NCBI GenBank assembly: GCA_047946875.1
Contig: CP181398.1
Location: 1,169,329-1,233,328 of the forward strand
Length of the DNA stretch: 64,000 nucleotides
Origin: Candidatus Kerfeldbacteria bacterium
GTDB taxonomy: Bacteria > Patescibacteriota > Patescibacteriia > UBA10025 > JAHIVO01
Direction of reading: 5' to 3'
The notes under the pieces are model-generated. The model had not been told where the DNA came from and ran no database searches. It worked only from the letters and a program-made list of their open reading frames with translations. Shown piece after piece: positions 7,492-16,159 of the stretch. Numbering within the stretch: the first letter of the stretch is position 1; every line of letters begins with the position of its first letter. Made by a program: the position numbers and the translations under genes.

Positions 7492-8376
7492 TTAAAGCTC
7501 TGTAATATAGGTAACAAATATTTCATTATTATCAACTGGATTTATAATTCCTTGCACTATTACAGTTGAGTCTTCATCGAAGAGGTTATTAGTCATGGCA
7601 TCTGTACATTTTGGACGGCTGAAACCTTTTATACATGTACTAATAAAGTCCATAGTATCAAATGTCAATTTTTTATTTAAGGCTGGGCTACCTGGTTCAT
7701 CCCATACTAAGTTCCAATAATTTTCACCGGCTGGTTGAGATAGGTTTCCGCTTTGTTCAAAATCAGTTACCAAAGGATTAATAAATTCAAAATTATTAAG
7801 CATATTTTCTTGAATGTTTGAGTTAGTAGTATTAAGTTCTTGGGTAGTTGAACCCCAAGAAATGCGGTACATATAATTATTATTTGTGACATAGACTGTG
7901 GCACCTGTATCATTCTCATGAGTGTTTCTGGTTAATTTTATGCCATTTTCACCATCAACTTTAATATTTGTTTTTTGATAACCGTCTTGTTCTAACAATC
8001 CAATCTCTGACCAGGTTTCCAATGTTTCACCTGATAGGTCGGCTACATAAATAAAAAAACTGGAATATTTGTAGTCAGATATATCAGCTACACTGGCAAA
8101 TGAGTTGGTGGCGGGTGGAGGAGGACCAGTTACTGCGTCCGGTATATAAAACCAACTGGTTGGATAATCAACTGTGAAATGATAGTTATTGTTGATGAAA
8201 GTTTTCCATTCTGTAACTTTATTTGTATTATTATTGGATATAGGGGAAATGTTTAGATTGGTATTGTCTTCCACATTTTGATCTTGGTTTACTAGATACC
8301 AGGTGAGTCCCCCGCCTAGAATTAAGATTACGAGTATTATAATGAAAATACTACTAACCCCATTTTGATGTTTCAT
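7492..8376 (-). CDS. N-terminally anchored surface protein (294 aa)
   Basis: ORF track. N-terminus MKHQNG + TM helix + N-rich linker. Confidence 0.75.
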   Translation of the reverse strand: MKHQNGVSSIFIIILVILILGGGLTWYLVNQDQNVEDNTNLNISPISNNNTNKVTEWKTFINNNYHFTVDYPTSWFYIPDAVTGPPPPATNSFASVADISDYKYSSFFIYVADLSGETLETWSEIGLLEQDGYQKTNIKVDGENGIKLTRNTHENDTGATVYVTNNNYMYRISWGSTTQELNTTNSNIQENMLNNFEFINPLVTDFEQSGNLSQPAGENYWNLVWDEPGSPALNKKLTFDTMDFISTCIKGFSRPKCTDAMTNNLFDEDSTVIVQGIINPVDNNEIFVTYITEL

Positions 8377-8384
8377 ATTTTTAA

Positions 8385-8954
8385 TTAATTTAATAAATTA
8401 TCTAAGTTTGTACAGTCTAGATATTCATCGTCCGTACAGCAACTTACATTATCATAGGTGCCGTCGGCTCTGTTGCACCAAGGTTGGTCAGAAGAACACT
8501 TTATTATTACTTTTTTTGTATCTTTATAAATAATTTTTTGTGGCCAAGACCACTCACAATAAAATTCTGCAGTTTGATCAATTTCACTATTAATGTTTGT
8601 TGTAACGGTATTAGTGTTGATTGTAGTATTTACATTTATTATAGCCTTATTAACATTAGTAGTGGTATTAATATTTATTACTTTTTCATCATCCTCTTTC
8701 TCTATTTCAATATTTGTTATATCTGCGATGATTTCATCTAATTCTTTTTGGGTTGGATCAAATCCTGTATCATTAGTACATTGTTCTGGACAATAGGTTT
8801 TGGATGAATCCATTATTAGTAAGTCATAACAAACCTCCATACATTTGGAGAATTGTCCTTTTTTTGTTACTCCACCTTGGGACCAGATCAATAACAAAAT
8901 CACACCAGCTATAATCACAATACCTAGGCTGATGAATATTTTCTTTTTATTCAT
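8385..8954 (-). CDS. N-terminally anchored Cys-rich surface protein with N/T-rich linker (189 aa)
   Basis: ORF track. Confidence 0.7.
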   Translation of the reverse strand: MNKKKIFISLGIVIIAGVILLLIWSQGGVTKKGQFSKCMEVCYDLLIMDSSKTYCPEQCTNDTGFDPTQKELDEIIADITNIEIEKEDDEKVININTTTNVNKAIINVNTTINTNTVTTNINSEIDQTAEFYCEWSWPQKIIYKDTKKVIIKCSSDQPWCNRADGTYDNVSCCTDDEYLDCTNLDNLLN

Positions 8955-9040
8955 AGTATTATATGAAAATTATTAGATATCCAATGTTCACTTATTATTA
9001 TAGCTAATATTAGTAGATACTTAAAGGGGCTGAAATTTTA

Positions 9041-9099
9041 TTAGATTTTGGGTATATGGTAGACTTACTTTGGTAGGTTATATTATTAAGATATTTATT
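9041..9099 (+). promoter_or_regulatory. conserved promoter/5'UTR module, copy c
   Basis: ttagattttgggtatatggtagacttactttggtaggttatattattaagatatttatt then ATG at 9100. Confidence 0.55.
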
Positions 9100-10212
9100 A
9101 TGAAAAATAAAACAATATTTATTGGATTTATAATAGGTGTAGGTATTTTACTATTGGCTGTGATTGGGAATTATTTTAGTAAGGATAATATGACGAAGGA
9201 TGAAGGTATTTTTTCAAATGTTGTCCAAGATAACATAATACAAAGTAACATTAATATATTAGAGGTATCAGATGTGCCAGAAGACTGTGATGTTGTTTTT
9301 ACCCATCGGTTTACAGATATTACAAAAATCAATGCTATCCAGCCAATTGGCTCTATCACCGGCGCTTCTCCTGGTCGTAGTTATTTGGATATTAAAGAAG
9401 GAGAAACTGTCCCGGTATACGCCCCAATGGATGCCACATTAAAATTTATTGCATATTCATATCGTGGCCCAGAGGCGCCTTACCCAGAATATGGTTTTAG
9501 TTTTGATACTGGTTGTGGGGTAACTTTTATGTTAGATCATTTGGACACAATATCGGATGAATTAAAGCAATATGCGCCTATTGAGCCTTCACTAGCAACT
9601 GACGGTACTAATAATCTTTCGGTTGAGGTTGAGGCGGGAACACTTCTGGGATATACTGATGGAACAGAACAGGCTAAAACTTTTGACTTTTTGGTAATAG
9701 ATAAAAATACTGACGTTTTTCATATTAATCCGGAACGATGGGACTGGGATCAAGCGTTGCATGCTGTCTGTCCGTATGATCTATATACAGATGATTTGAA
9801 AAGTGAGTATTATGAAAAAATTGGGACATATTATTACACAGGATTTGTAAAAGCAGAGAGCTGTGGTAATCCATCATACGATATTGTTGGAACAATTTCC
9901 GGTGGGTGGTTTTTGGGAGAAAACGATACGATGATGACTGGTGAGTTTATGACAATTGGCGAGGAGGGTGGTAATGTGTACACAATTGTCAAAAATAATC
10001 TGGAAGATGTAATAATACGCGTGGATGATTACTGGACAGAAGTCATGCCAAAAGATGTTAAGGTTGGGAGTTCAGCATGCTATTTTGACAACAACACAGA
10101 TACTTGGATGTTTTTGAATTTAGTAAGTGAAGAAACCATCCAGCTTGCAAATGGAAATGGGAATTGTCCTGTAGAGTTTCCAGATTCTAATATAAAGATT
10201 TATTCGAGATAG
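9100..10212 (+). CDS. N-terminally anchored surface protein (about 370 aa)
   Basis: ORF track 9070-10212. ATG at 9100 (MKNKTIFIGF...) preferred by analogy with modules a and b. No confident domain. Confidence 0.75.
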   Translation: MKNKTIFIGFIIGVGILLLAVIGNYFSKDNMTKDEGIFSNVVQDNIIQSNINILEVSDVPEDCDVVFTHRFTDITKINAIQPIGSITGASPGRSYLDIKEGETVPVYAPMDATLKFIAYSYRGPEAPYPEYGFSFDTGCGVTFMLDHLDTISDELKQYAPIEPSLATDGTNNLSVEVEAGTLLGYTDGTEQAKTFDFLVIDKNTDVFHINPERWDWDQALHAVCPYDLYTDDLKSEYYEKIGTYYYTGFVKAESCGNPSYDIVGTISGGWFLGENDTMMTGEFMTIGEEGGNVYTIVKNNLEDVIIRVDDYWTEVMPKDVKVGSSACYFDNNTDTWMFLNLVSEETIQLANGNGNCPVEFPDSNIKIYSR

Positions 10213-10218
10213 TCTTTA

Positions 10219-10295
10219 TTGGGGTCCCTATCGGTCGGTTAATTTAACTAACCTGATGAAGGTTTTGGGTGATTTTAGGTATATGGTAGGAATAT
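10219..10295. repeat. tRNA-His-3'-end-like remnant plus orphan copy of the promoter module
   Basis: ttggggtccctatcggtcgg (10219-10238) then ggttttgggtgattttaggtatatggtagg. No plus-strand ORF follows. Confidence 0.4.
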
Positions 10296-10313
10296 TAAAG
10301 CAAGCCTCAGTAT

Positions 10314-11078
10314 TTATCTAAGGGACTCAATGCATCCTTCATCTGTTTCAATTGAACAAGATTCGCTTAATGTTGTTCCTCCACTAGTGATATCATATAA
10401 ATGTGTCCACACTGTACCGACGCCTGCATCACCAGCTGCGCACATATAGGTAATTACGTTAGTAGTAGACCAGTTTTTTATTGTGCTACATCCCTCATAG
10501 AATGATAAGCTGTGTTCTTCTGCTTTTGTGAAAGTATTTTCACTAATATTGTAAATTCCAAGTTGACTTGTACCGTATGAGTCCTTGTCAGGGTCGTAGC
10601 GATAGGGACTATCTTTTTGTGATTTTAAGTATATAGTTTTATTAAGCTCTTCATTAAAACATACAATATCAAGACCCCACCCTTCAATTATTTGGTCTGA
10701 GAATGTTTGATACCACAAATATTGATTAGTAAGTTCTCCTGGTTGTCTTGAACAACTAAGTTGATATGATGCTTCAGTAGCTTCAATAGAAAAGATGTTT
10801 GTTTCTGAAGTCGCATTTGTGTTTGTCGTTATCGGAGTAGTATTAGTATTTATTTCAGTATTTAAGTTAGTTGTGATATTTGCATTTGCTGTCGTATTAG
10901 TATTCAAATTTAGTGAGGTGTTTGTAACCGTATTTGTATTTGTTGTAGTAGTGGTAGTTGGTGTATTTGCTTCTTCCCTATTCTCCTCATAATACCAAGT
11001 AGCACCAACCAATCCTACGGCCATAACTGAGATTAGTATTACCACCACCCAACGCACATAACCTTTTTGATTTTTCAT
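10314..11078 (-). CDS. N-terminally anchored surface protein with long T/N-rich linker
   Basis: ORF track 10314-11099. Start at MKNQKG (11078) preferred, by analogy with MKHQNG and MNNQRG in the related genes. Confidence 0.75.
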   Translation of the reverse strand: MKNQKGYVRWVVVILISVMAVGLVGATWYYEENREEANTPTTTTTTNTNTVTNTSLNLNTNTTANANITTNLNTEINTNTTPITTNTNATSETNIFSIEATEASYQLSCSRQPGELTNQYLWYQTFSDQIIEGWGLDIVCFNEELNKTIYLKSQKDSPYRYDPDKDSYGTSQLGIYNISENTFTKAEEHSLSFYEGCSTIKNWSTTNVITYMCAAGDAGVGTVWTHLYDITSGGTTLSESCSIETDEGCIESLR

Positions 11079-11160
11079 AGTTATAAATTTAATATTCAAT
11101 AATTTAAGTATACCAAAAACGACCCTAATAACATATCTATAGGGTAACTTTTATAAAATG

Positions 11161-11335
11161 GGTGGTTAGACCTGCCTACCGGCAGGCAGGGGGAATTACG
11201 CGTCGCCTATTGGCTCGCTTCTACCCGTCCGATTCCCATTTTATCCCATATCAAAAAAAGTTCCACCATATAAATATGATAAAACTTTTTCTGGGGTCGG
11301 ATAGCTGTTTATCTTAGAACTTATTTAATGGATGG
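11161..11335. repeat. direct repeat of the tRNA-His downstream flank plus last ~12 nt of tRNA-His
   Basis: Aligns by eye (~80 percent) with 11720-11905, including ...catatcaaaaaaa...tttttctggggtNgg. Contains the GC hairpin cctgcctaccggcaggcagg (11171-11190). Confidence 0.7.
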
Positions 11336-11425
11336 ATTGGAGGTATATGGAGTGGTTAATAACATAGTTTAGTAGTTTGTGATATAATTAATACATAAAA
11401 AAGAATTAATATTAATTTTATTTAT

Positions 11426-11656
11426 ATGGGCGATCACGTAATTTTAAGATTTCCATTCGACGACCCTGACAATCCAGAGGTAGTTGATGTTCTGGCTAAT
11501 GTACCGGTTCATTGGAAAAAATATCTTAAAGAAATCGCACATAAGACAAAAAAACCAGGAAGATATATTGCGTCTAACATTCTTTATGATGACGAGTATT
11601 ACTATCCCGAGTCAATGGAAAAAAATCATAAAAAAATTGAAAAGGAATCAGAGTAA
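11426..11656 (+). CDS. hypothetical protein (76 aa)
   Basis: ORF track. Lies between the two tRNA-His flank repeats. No domain recognised. Confidence 0.4.
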   Translation: MGDHVILRFPFDDPDNPEVVDVLANVPVHWKKYLKEIAHKTKKPGRYIASNILYDDEYYYPESMEKNHKKIEKESE

Positions 11657-11719
11657 TTTTTGAATGATTCAAGACCAAATTATAGATAGTTACCAAAAAT
11701 ACCTCTTAATATTAAAGGC

Positions 11720-11892
11720 GTTTTTAGAAAAGCCGGCAGGGAGAATTTCGCGTCGCCAAAGGCTCCTTGTCCTGGGTAGCGACCCCGCGGTGCGGGGTCG
11801 ACTCTTGCCTTCGTCTCGCTTCTATCCGTTCGATTCCTATTTTGCCCCATATCAAAAAAATTTCATCATCTACAAGGGATAATAAAATTTTT
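11720..11892. repeat. tRNA-His downstream flank (master copy of the 11161-11305 repeat) with GC-hairpin insertion
   Basis: Carries an extra segment containing cgaccccgcggtgcggggtcg (11780-11800) that is absent from the 11161 copy. Track ORF 11664-11882 is probably spurious. Confidence 0.65.
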
Positions 11893-11968
11893 CTGGGGTG
11901 GCTAGAGGGAATCGAACCCTCATAGCTGGTTCCACAAACCAGTGCACTAACCGTTGTGCTATAGCCAC
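11893..11968 (-). tRNA. tRNA-His (GTG), CCA encoded, G-1 present
   Basis: rc: G-GTGGCTA TA GCAC AACGGTTA GTGC A CTGGT TTGTGGA ACCAG CTAT GAGGG TTCGATT CCCTC TAGCCAC C CCA. Confidence 0.9.
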
Positions 11969-12112
11969 CACGTTGATTTTACATTCCAGGTTACGTATCT
12001 CCGCATTCGCGAATTTACTCCACCTTTCATGTAAATCTGCCTTTCCTCACACATCTGTGCTCATTTTATTGCGCTCCTGATGTGTTCGGGATGTTTAATG
12101 TAAAAAATCAGT
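11969..12112 (-). ncRNA. tRNA-proximal structured spacer element, divergent copy L1 (tRNA-Leu to tRNA-His)
   Basis: GAGGAAAGG purine tract. P1 GATTTACAT / ATGTAAAATC. GGTGGAG...ACGTAACC core. Ends AACG before the tRNA. Confidence 0.45.
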
Positions 12113-12198
12113 TGGTGCGGACGGAGGGACTTGAACCCTCACGCACAAAAGTGCCTAGGCCCTCAACCTAGTGCGTATACCAATTCCGCCACGTCCGC
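12113..12198 (-). tRNA. tRNA-Leu (GAG), long variable arm, CCA encoded
   Basis: rc: GCGGACG...CTAGG TTGAGGG CCTAG...GGGTTCAAGTCCC...CGTCCGC A CCA. Confidence 0.9.
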
Positions 12199-12216
12199 CG
12201 GCCATTTATGTTAAAA

Positions 12217-12561
12217 CTATTTTTTAACTTTAGTCTCTTTTAGTCGTTTCTTATAATCTTTTAAGAAGTATAGTTTTGCTCGACGTACTTTAGCTTTTTT
12301 AACAATCTCAATTTTTGAGATTGAAGGAGAATTCAAAGGAAATATTTTCTCTACACCAATACCTTCGGAAATCTTTCTTACAGTAATAGTGGAAGTTAGA
12401 CCTTTACCACCGCGTCGTGATAGGACCATTCCTTCAAATTTTTGGATACGCTCTTTTTCACCTTCTTTAATTTTTTGATGAACAATAACGGTGTTACCAG
12501 CACTGATATCTGGCAAATCTTGTTTTACTTTTGATGTATTCAGTGAATATGCAGTTACCAT
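12217..12561 (-). CDS. rplS: 50S ribosomal protein L19
   Basis: ORF track. VRRAKLYFLKD and overall L19 pattern. Confidence 0.95.
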   Translation of the reverse strand: MVTAYSLNTSKVKQDLPDISAGNTVIVHQKIKEGEKERIQKFEGMVLSRRGGKGLTSTITVRKISEGIGVEKIFPLNSPSISKIEIVKKAKVRRAKLYFLKDYKKRLKETKVKK

Positions 12562-12626
12562 AGTTTCTATTTATCTAATAATTATAATTTAAGTAGTTAT
12601 AATAATAGCGATTACAAGCTTTATTG

Positions 12627-13610
12627 TCAAGACTTTTTGAGGTTATTTAGAATATTTTGAAGTTTTTCTGGTAAAGGGAGGGTAAATTCTACCCATTTAC
12701 CATCCAAATCTGTAAAACCTAAGTATTGGGCATGAAGAAAAATTCTACTCATCTTTATTTTGGTTTTAAGTTTTTTTGGTTTATAAACTAGATCCCCAAC
12801 TATTGGTAGGCCATAAGCATTAAGGTGAACGCGGATTTGATGAGTTCGACCGGTTTTTGGCATAATCCTTAATAATGTATAGTTGCCAATATTTTCCAAT
12901 ACTTCAAATCCAGTAATTGATTTACGTCCCCTCTCTTCATGTTCTGGGACAGCTGCCATTTTGAAATCTTTTGTTTCACTACGACTAATATTAAAATTAA
13001 TTTCATCTTCATTCTTTTGAGGTGTGCCATATACTAATGTGATATATTCTTTTTTTATAGTTCTTTCTTTGAATTGGGATTTCAGATGGTCGAACATGTC
13101 TTGTGTCTTTGCTACTACTATCAAGCCAGATACTTCCCGATCAAGCCTATGTACGATACCGGGGCGGATTGGGTTCTCTCCAACTTTTTTTATTTTGGGA
13201 TATTTTTTTACTAGTTGATCAGCAAGAGTTATTTCATTGGTACCATCTGCTTCATGTATCAATAGTCCAGCTGGTTTGTTTACTATTAAATAGTTTTCCG
13301 TTTCAGTAATGATATTTAATTTATGTTGAGCAGGTTTAAATATATTAGTTATTTTTTTTAAAGAGGAAGTAACAAAATTTTCTTGGGAAGTTGTGTTAAT
13401 ATCATTTGTTGTCGTAACTGGTTTATTATCTGTGATAATAATATCACCTTCTTTTAAGAATTTATGGACTACTGCTGACTTATTATTAACCAGGATTGTT
13501 TCATTTTTGATAAGTTTTTGAATTTGGGATCTTGTGATGTCTAATTTTCCTGTCAAAAATTTATCAAGTCTTTTGCCAGCATCATCTTTTGTGATTGAAT
13601 ATCTATTCAT
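12627..13610 (-). CDS. rluD: RluA/RluD-family 23S rRNA pseudouridine synthase with N-terminal S4 domain
   Basis: HRLDREVSGLIVVAKT catalytic motif. S4-like N-terminus. Confidence 0.85.
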   Translation of the reverse strand: MNRYSITKDDAGKRLDKFLTGKLDITRSQIQKLIKNETILVNNKSAVVHKFLKEGDIIITDNKPVTTTNDINTTSQENFVTSSLKKITNIFKPAQHKLNIITETENYLIVNKPAGLLIHEADGTNEITLADQLVKKYPKIKKVGENPIRPGIVHRLDREVSGLIVVAKTQDMFDHLKSQFKERTIKKEYITLVYGTPQKNEDEINFNISRSETKDFKMAAVPEHEERGRKSITGFEVLENIGNYTLLRIMPKTGRTHQIRVHLNAYGLPIVGDLVYKPKKLKTKIKMSRIFLHAQYLGFTDLDGKWVEFTLPLPEKLQNILNNLKKS

Positions 13611-15057
13611 ATTTTTTTATATAATCAAAGGATTGTTTTTTAGTTTTAATATTACCTTTGAGTTGTTCTTCTCTTAGAGCATTTTTAATCTTACCAATTT
13701 TGGCTCCAGGTTTTATTTTGAGTGCTTTCATTATTTCATTACCGTTAATTAATTCTTTTGGTAGTACTTTTTTGTTTCTAGAAATTTTTTCTAATGCTTC
13801 TACTTGTTTAACAATTTTGTTGAAATCTTTAAAATTTGGTTGGCCATCTTTTGGTATAGTAGCTTGTATATCAGCGAAAGTTAGTTTGAGTAAATTATGT
13901 CCAGGAACATTCTCATTAAAAAAGTATTTTTCGAGTGTAGTTTTTTTCATGGGAGATTTTTTTGTGTGGGTAGAGATCATATGTTTGCTACATAGCCACA
14001 CAATATTTTCTGCTTTGATTCCAGCGCTGGATAATTTTAATCTTTTTATAATTTCGTCGGTTATTTTTGCACCAACTGTATCGTGATTATTAAATCTAAG
14101 TCTATCAGACCTCTCTATAGTATAGGGTTTACCAATATCATGAAAAAGGGTAGCAAATACTAATTCAGCATCAAGTTTTTCATTTTTATATTTTGTAGTA
14201 AATTTTTTTGAACTTAGATTTTGTAAACATAATAAAGTGTGTTTCCATACATCACCTTCAGAATGGAAATTCCTTGGTTGGGGACATTTCTTCATTTTTA
14301 ACAATTCTGGCATTAGCGCTTTGGTTAAACCGCTCTTGTCATAAAGTTCAAAAGCTAAGGCAGGATTAGCGACGAAAGCTTTAGTCATTTCTTTTGCAAT
14401 AGTTTCTCTAGGAACTAAAAATTCTCCTTTTACTTTTTTATTAATTTGAGGAGTTAATTTTTTTATTGCTGACCAAGTAGCATTATCGATTTTGAAATTT
14501 AGTTGGCAAGCAAAACGAATAGCTCTTAATATTCTTGAGTAGTCTTCTTTGAACCGTTCAGTTGCTAATCCAACAGTTTTAATGTTTTTCTTTTTTAAAT
14601 CTTTGAGCCCATTAAATAAATCAATAATTTCTTTTTTATTAATGTCGTAAGCTAAAGCATTGATCGTGAAGTCACGCCTTTTTAAATCTTCTTCGATTGG
14701 CAGATTTGGATCTGATTGGATATCAAAATCTTTATAGCCACCAGTTAGGAAAGCGTGTTCAGTACGAGGTAGGGCAATGTCGAGAGGTTCTTTTAGAGTA
14801 GAGTTTTTGGGCATAAATTTAAGTACGCCGAATTTTTTACCTACTATATCTACCCAGCCAAGAGTTTTAAGAAATTTAAGAAGTTTATTGACTGATACAT
14901 TACGTATAACAAAATCATAGTCTTTTGATTCTCGCCCAATAAGACTATCGCGAACAATCCCCCCAATTAAAAAAATTTCGGCTTGTGGAATTTTTTTTTG
15001 AAGATGTTTAATAGAAGAAAGTTCTTTTTTTTGCAATAAAGATGTAATTTGTTTCAT
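13603..15057 (-). CDS. cca: CCA-adding tRNA nucleotidyltransferase with HD domain
   Basis: GGIVRD, RRDFTINA, ERF..RILRAIRF and HD motif LFHDIGKP. Consistent with four tRNAs here lacking an encoded CCA. Confidence 0.9.
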   Translation of the reverse strand: MKQITSLLQKKELSSIKHLQKKIPQAEIFLIGGIVRDSLIGRESKDYDFVIRNVSVNKLLKFLKTLGWVDIVGKKFGVLKFMPKNSTLKEPLDIALPRTEHAFLTGGYKDFDIQSDPNLPIEEDLKRRDFTINALAYDINKKEIIDLFNGLKDLKKKNIKTVGLATERFKEDYSRILRAIRFACQLNFKIDNATWSAIKKLTPQINKKVKGEFLVPRETIAKEMTKAFVANPALAFELYDKSGLTKALMPELLKMKKCPQPRNFHSEGDVWKHTLLCLQNLSSKKFTTKYKNEKLDAELVFATLFHDIGKPYTIERSDRLRFNNHDTVGAKITDEIIKRLKLSSAGIKAENIVWLCSKHMISTHTKKSPMKKTTLEKYFFNENVPGHNLLKLTFADIQATIPKDGQPNFKDFNKIVKQVEALEKISRNKKVLPKELINGNEIMKALKIKPGAKIGKIKNALREEQLKGNIKTKKQSFDYIKKYE

Positions 15058-15116
15058 ATAGGTTAAACATAGCTAAATTCATCTTTAAATACAAGTTTTT
15101 TATTATTTAATAGGTA

Positions 15117-15152
15117 TAAAAAATCACCCCATATTACAGAGGTGATTTTTTG
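15117..15152. terminator. bidirectional hairpin terminator after fibre paralogue B
   Basis: ATCACC...GGTGAT stem flanked by an A-run and a T-run. Confidence 0.6.
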
Positions 15153-15172
15153 AGTTTCTATATATCTAAATT

Positions 15173-16045
15173 TTAGTATATTGCCAGCATAAATACACCA
15201 TCGGCAGGATTTTCATCTTTATCATGTTCCCAAACTAAAACGGTATTTGGATCAGATGCATGAGGAGCAGCGCCAATTAATCTAATAGCAACAGCACCGC
15301 CTGTACCACTTGGAGTAGCGATGTAAGCTCTAGTTGGTGTACCTGAACCATTATTTACAGCAAAATTGAAAGTTACTTCATATCTACCATTGCCAGTATT
15401 TGTGGCAGCAGTAGCATTATATCCACTAGTTAACGTACCTCCTGAACTAACATAGGCCCATCCTTTTAATGCTCCTTCAGCAGATACGGCCTGGGTGATG
15501 TTACCAGTAGTAGTGACTGTGTCAATACTAAGATCGGCAGTTGAGGATATATCGCTTCCAGTGATGGTTCCATCGACAATTTTAGCTGAGGTAATTGCAT
15601 TATCAGCAATGTCAGCGGTGGCAATTGTAGCATCAGTAATATTGTCAGATGTTACTATCCCAGTACCAAGTAAACTTGCTACTGTTAATGATCCAGTAAC
15701 TTCCATATTGTCATTGACAATAAATGGCATTGAATCTGCAGTACCAGCTGTTGCTCCGCGAAAAACACGTCCATCTATACGGACGTTATCACCAAAAGTA
15801 ACGGGATTGTCTACTCCGGCGTTTGTTGTGGTATTGATTATAGATCCATTGAAGTAGGTTACTCCACCTACACCCTGTTCACCGATCATCGTTGATCTCA
15901 TTTTCATTGTCCCATCTACTTGAAATATGTCTCCTTCTGGTCCAAATTGTGAAGTGACATTGTGACTAGTTGCAGCATTGACTATCCCAGCTGTCAAAGC
16001 AATAGAAGCAACTACCACTACGAGGGTTAAAAGCTTTTTTTTCAT
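15173..16045 (-). CDS. secreted fibre-like protein, paralogue B
   Basis: ORF track, 290 aa. Signal peptide VNA-A. The N-terminal ~145 aa are almost identical to paralogue C. I-x-D-x-x-I-T repeat stalk. Unique C-terminal domain. Confidence 0.8.
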   Translation of the reverse strand: MKKKLLTLVVVVASIALTAGIVNAATSHNVTSQFGPEGDIFQVDGTMKMRSTMIGEQGVGGVTYFNGSIINTTTNAGVDNPVTFGDNVRIDGRVFRGATAGTADSMPFIVNDNMEVTGSLTVASLLGTGIVTSDNITDATIATADIADNAITSAKIVDGTITGSDISSTADLSIDTVTTTGNITQAVSAEGALKGWAYVSSGGTLTSGYNATAATNTGNGRYEVTFNFAVNNGSGTPTRAYIATPSGTGGAVAIRLIGAAPHASDPNTVLVWEHDKDENPADGVFMLAIY

Positions 16046-16114
16046 AGGCCTTTTCCTTGTTTAGTTGTTAAATTGATAAATAATCACGATTTTATTATAC
16101 CCTTTTTTTGATAA

Positions 16115-16151
16115 ACAAAAAACCGCCCTAGTTGATAGAGGCGGTTTTTTC
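16115..16151. terminator. bidirectional hairpin terminator after fibre paralogue C
   Basis: AACCGCC (16121-16127) / GGCGGTT (16140-16146) flanked by an A-run and a T-run. Confidence 0.65.
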
Positions 16152-16159
16152 AAAAGTTT

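Noticed and set aside
8484-8796. Numerous antisense track ORFs inside long genes (e.g. 8484-8741, 8593-8796, 13658-14086, 15495-15857, 16440-16763, 22556-22945, 27961-28269, 55290-55871, 61437-61748)
   Set aside because: They are shadow frames of well-supported genes on the opposite strand, are low-complexity, and have no start-site signals.
11664-12080. Track ORFs 11664-11882 and 11898-12080. Likewise 19030-19251, 46215-46409, 47063-47254, 48574-48780, and the N-terminal extension of 47967-48446
   Set aside because: They are read across tRNA genes, tRNA remnants, GC hairpins or the spacer elements. They have no SD and their composition is driven by RNA genes.
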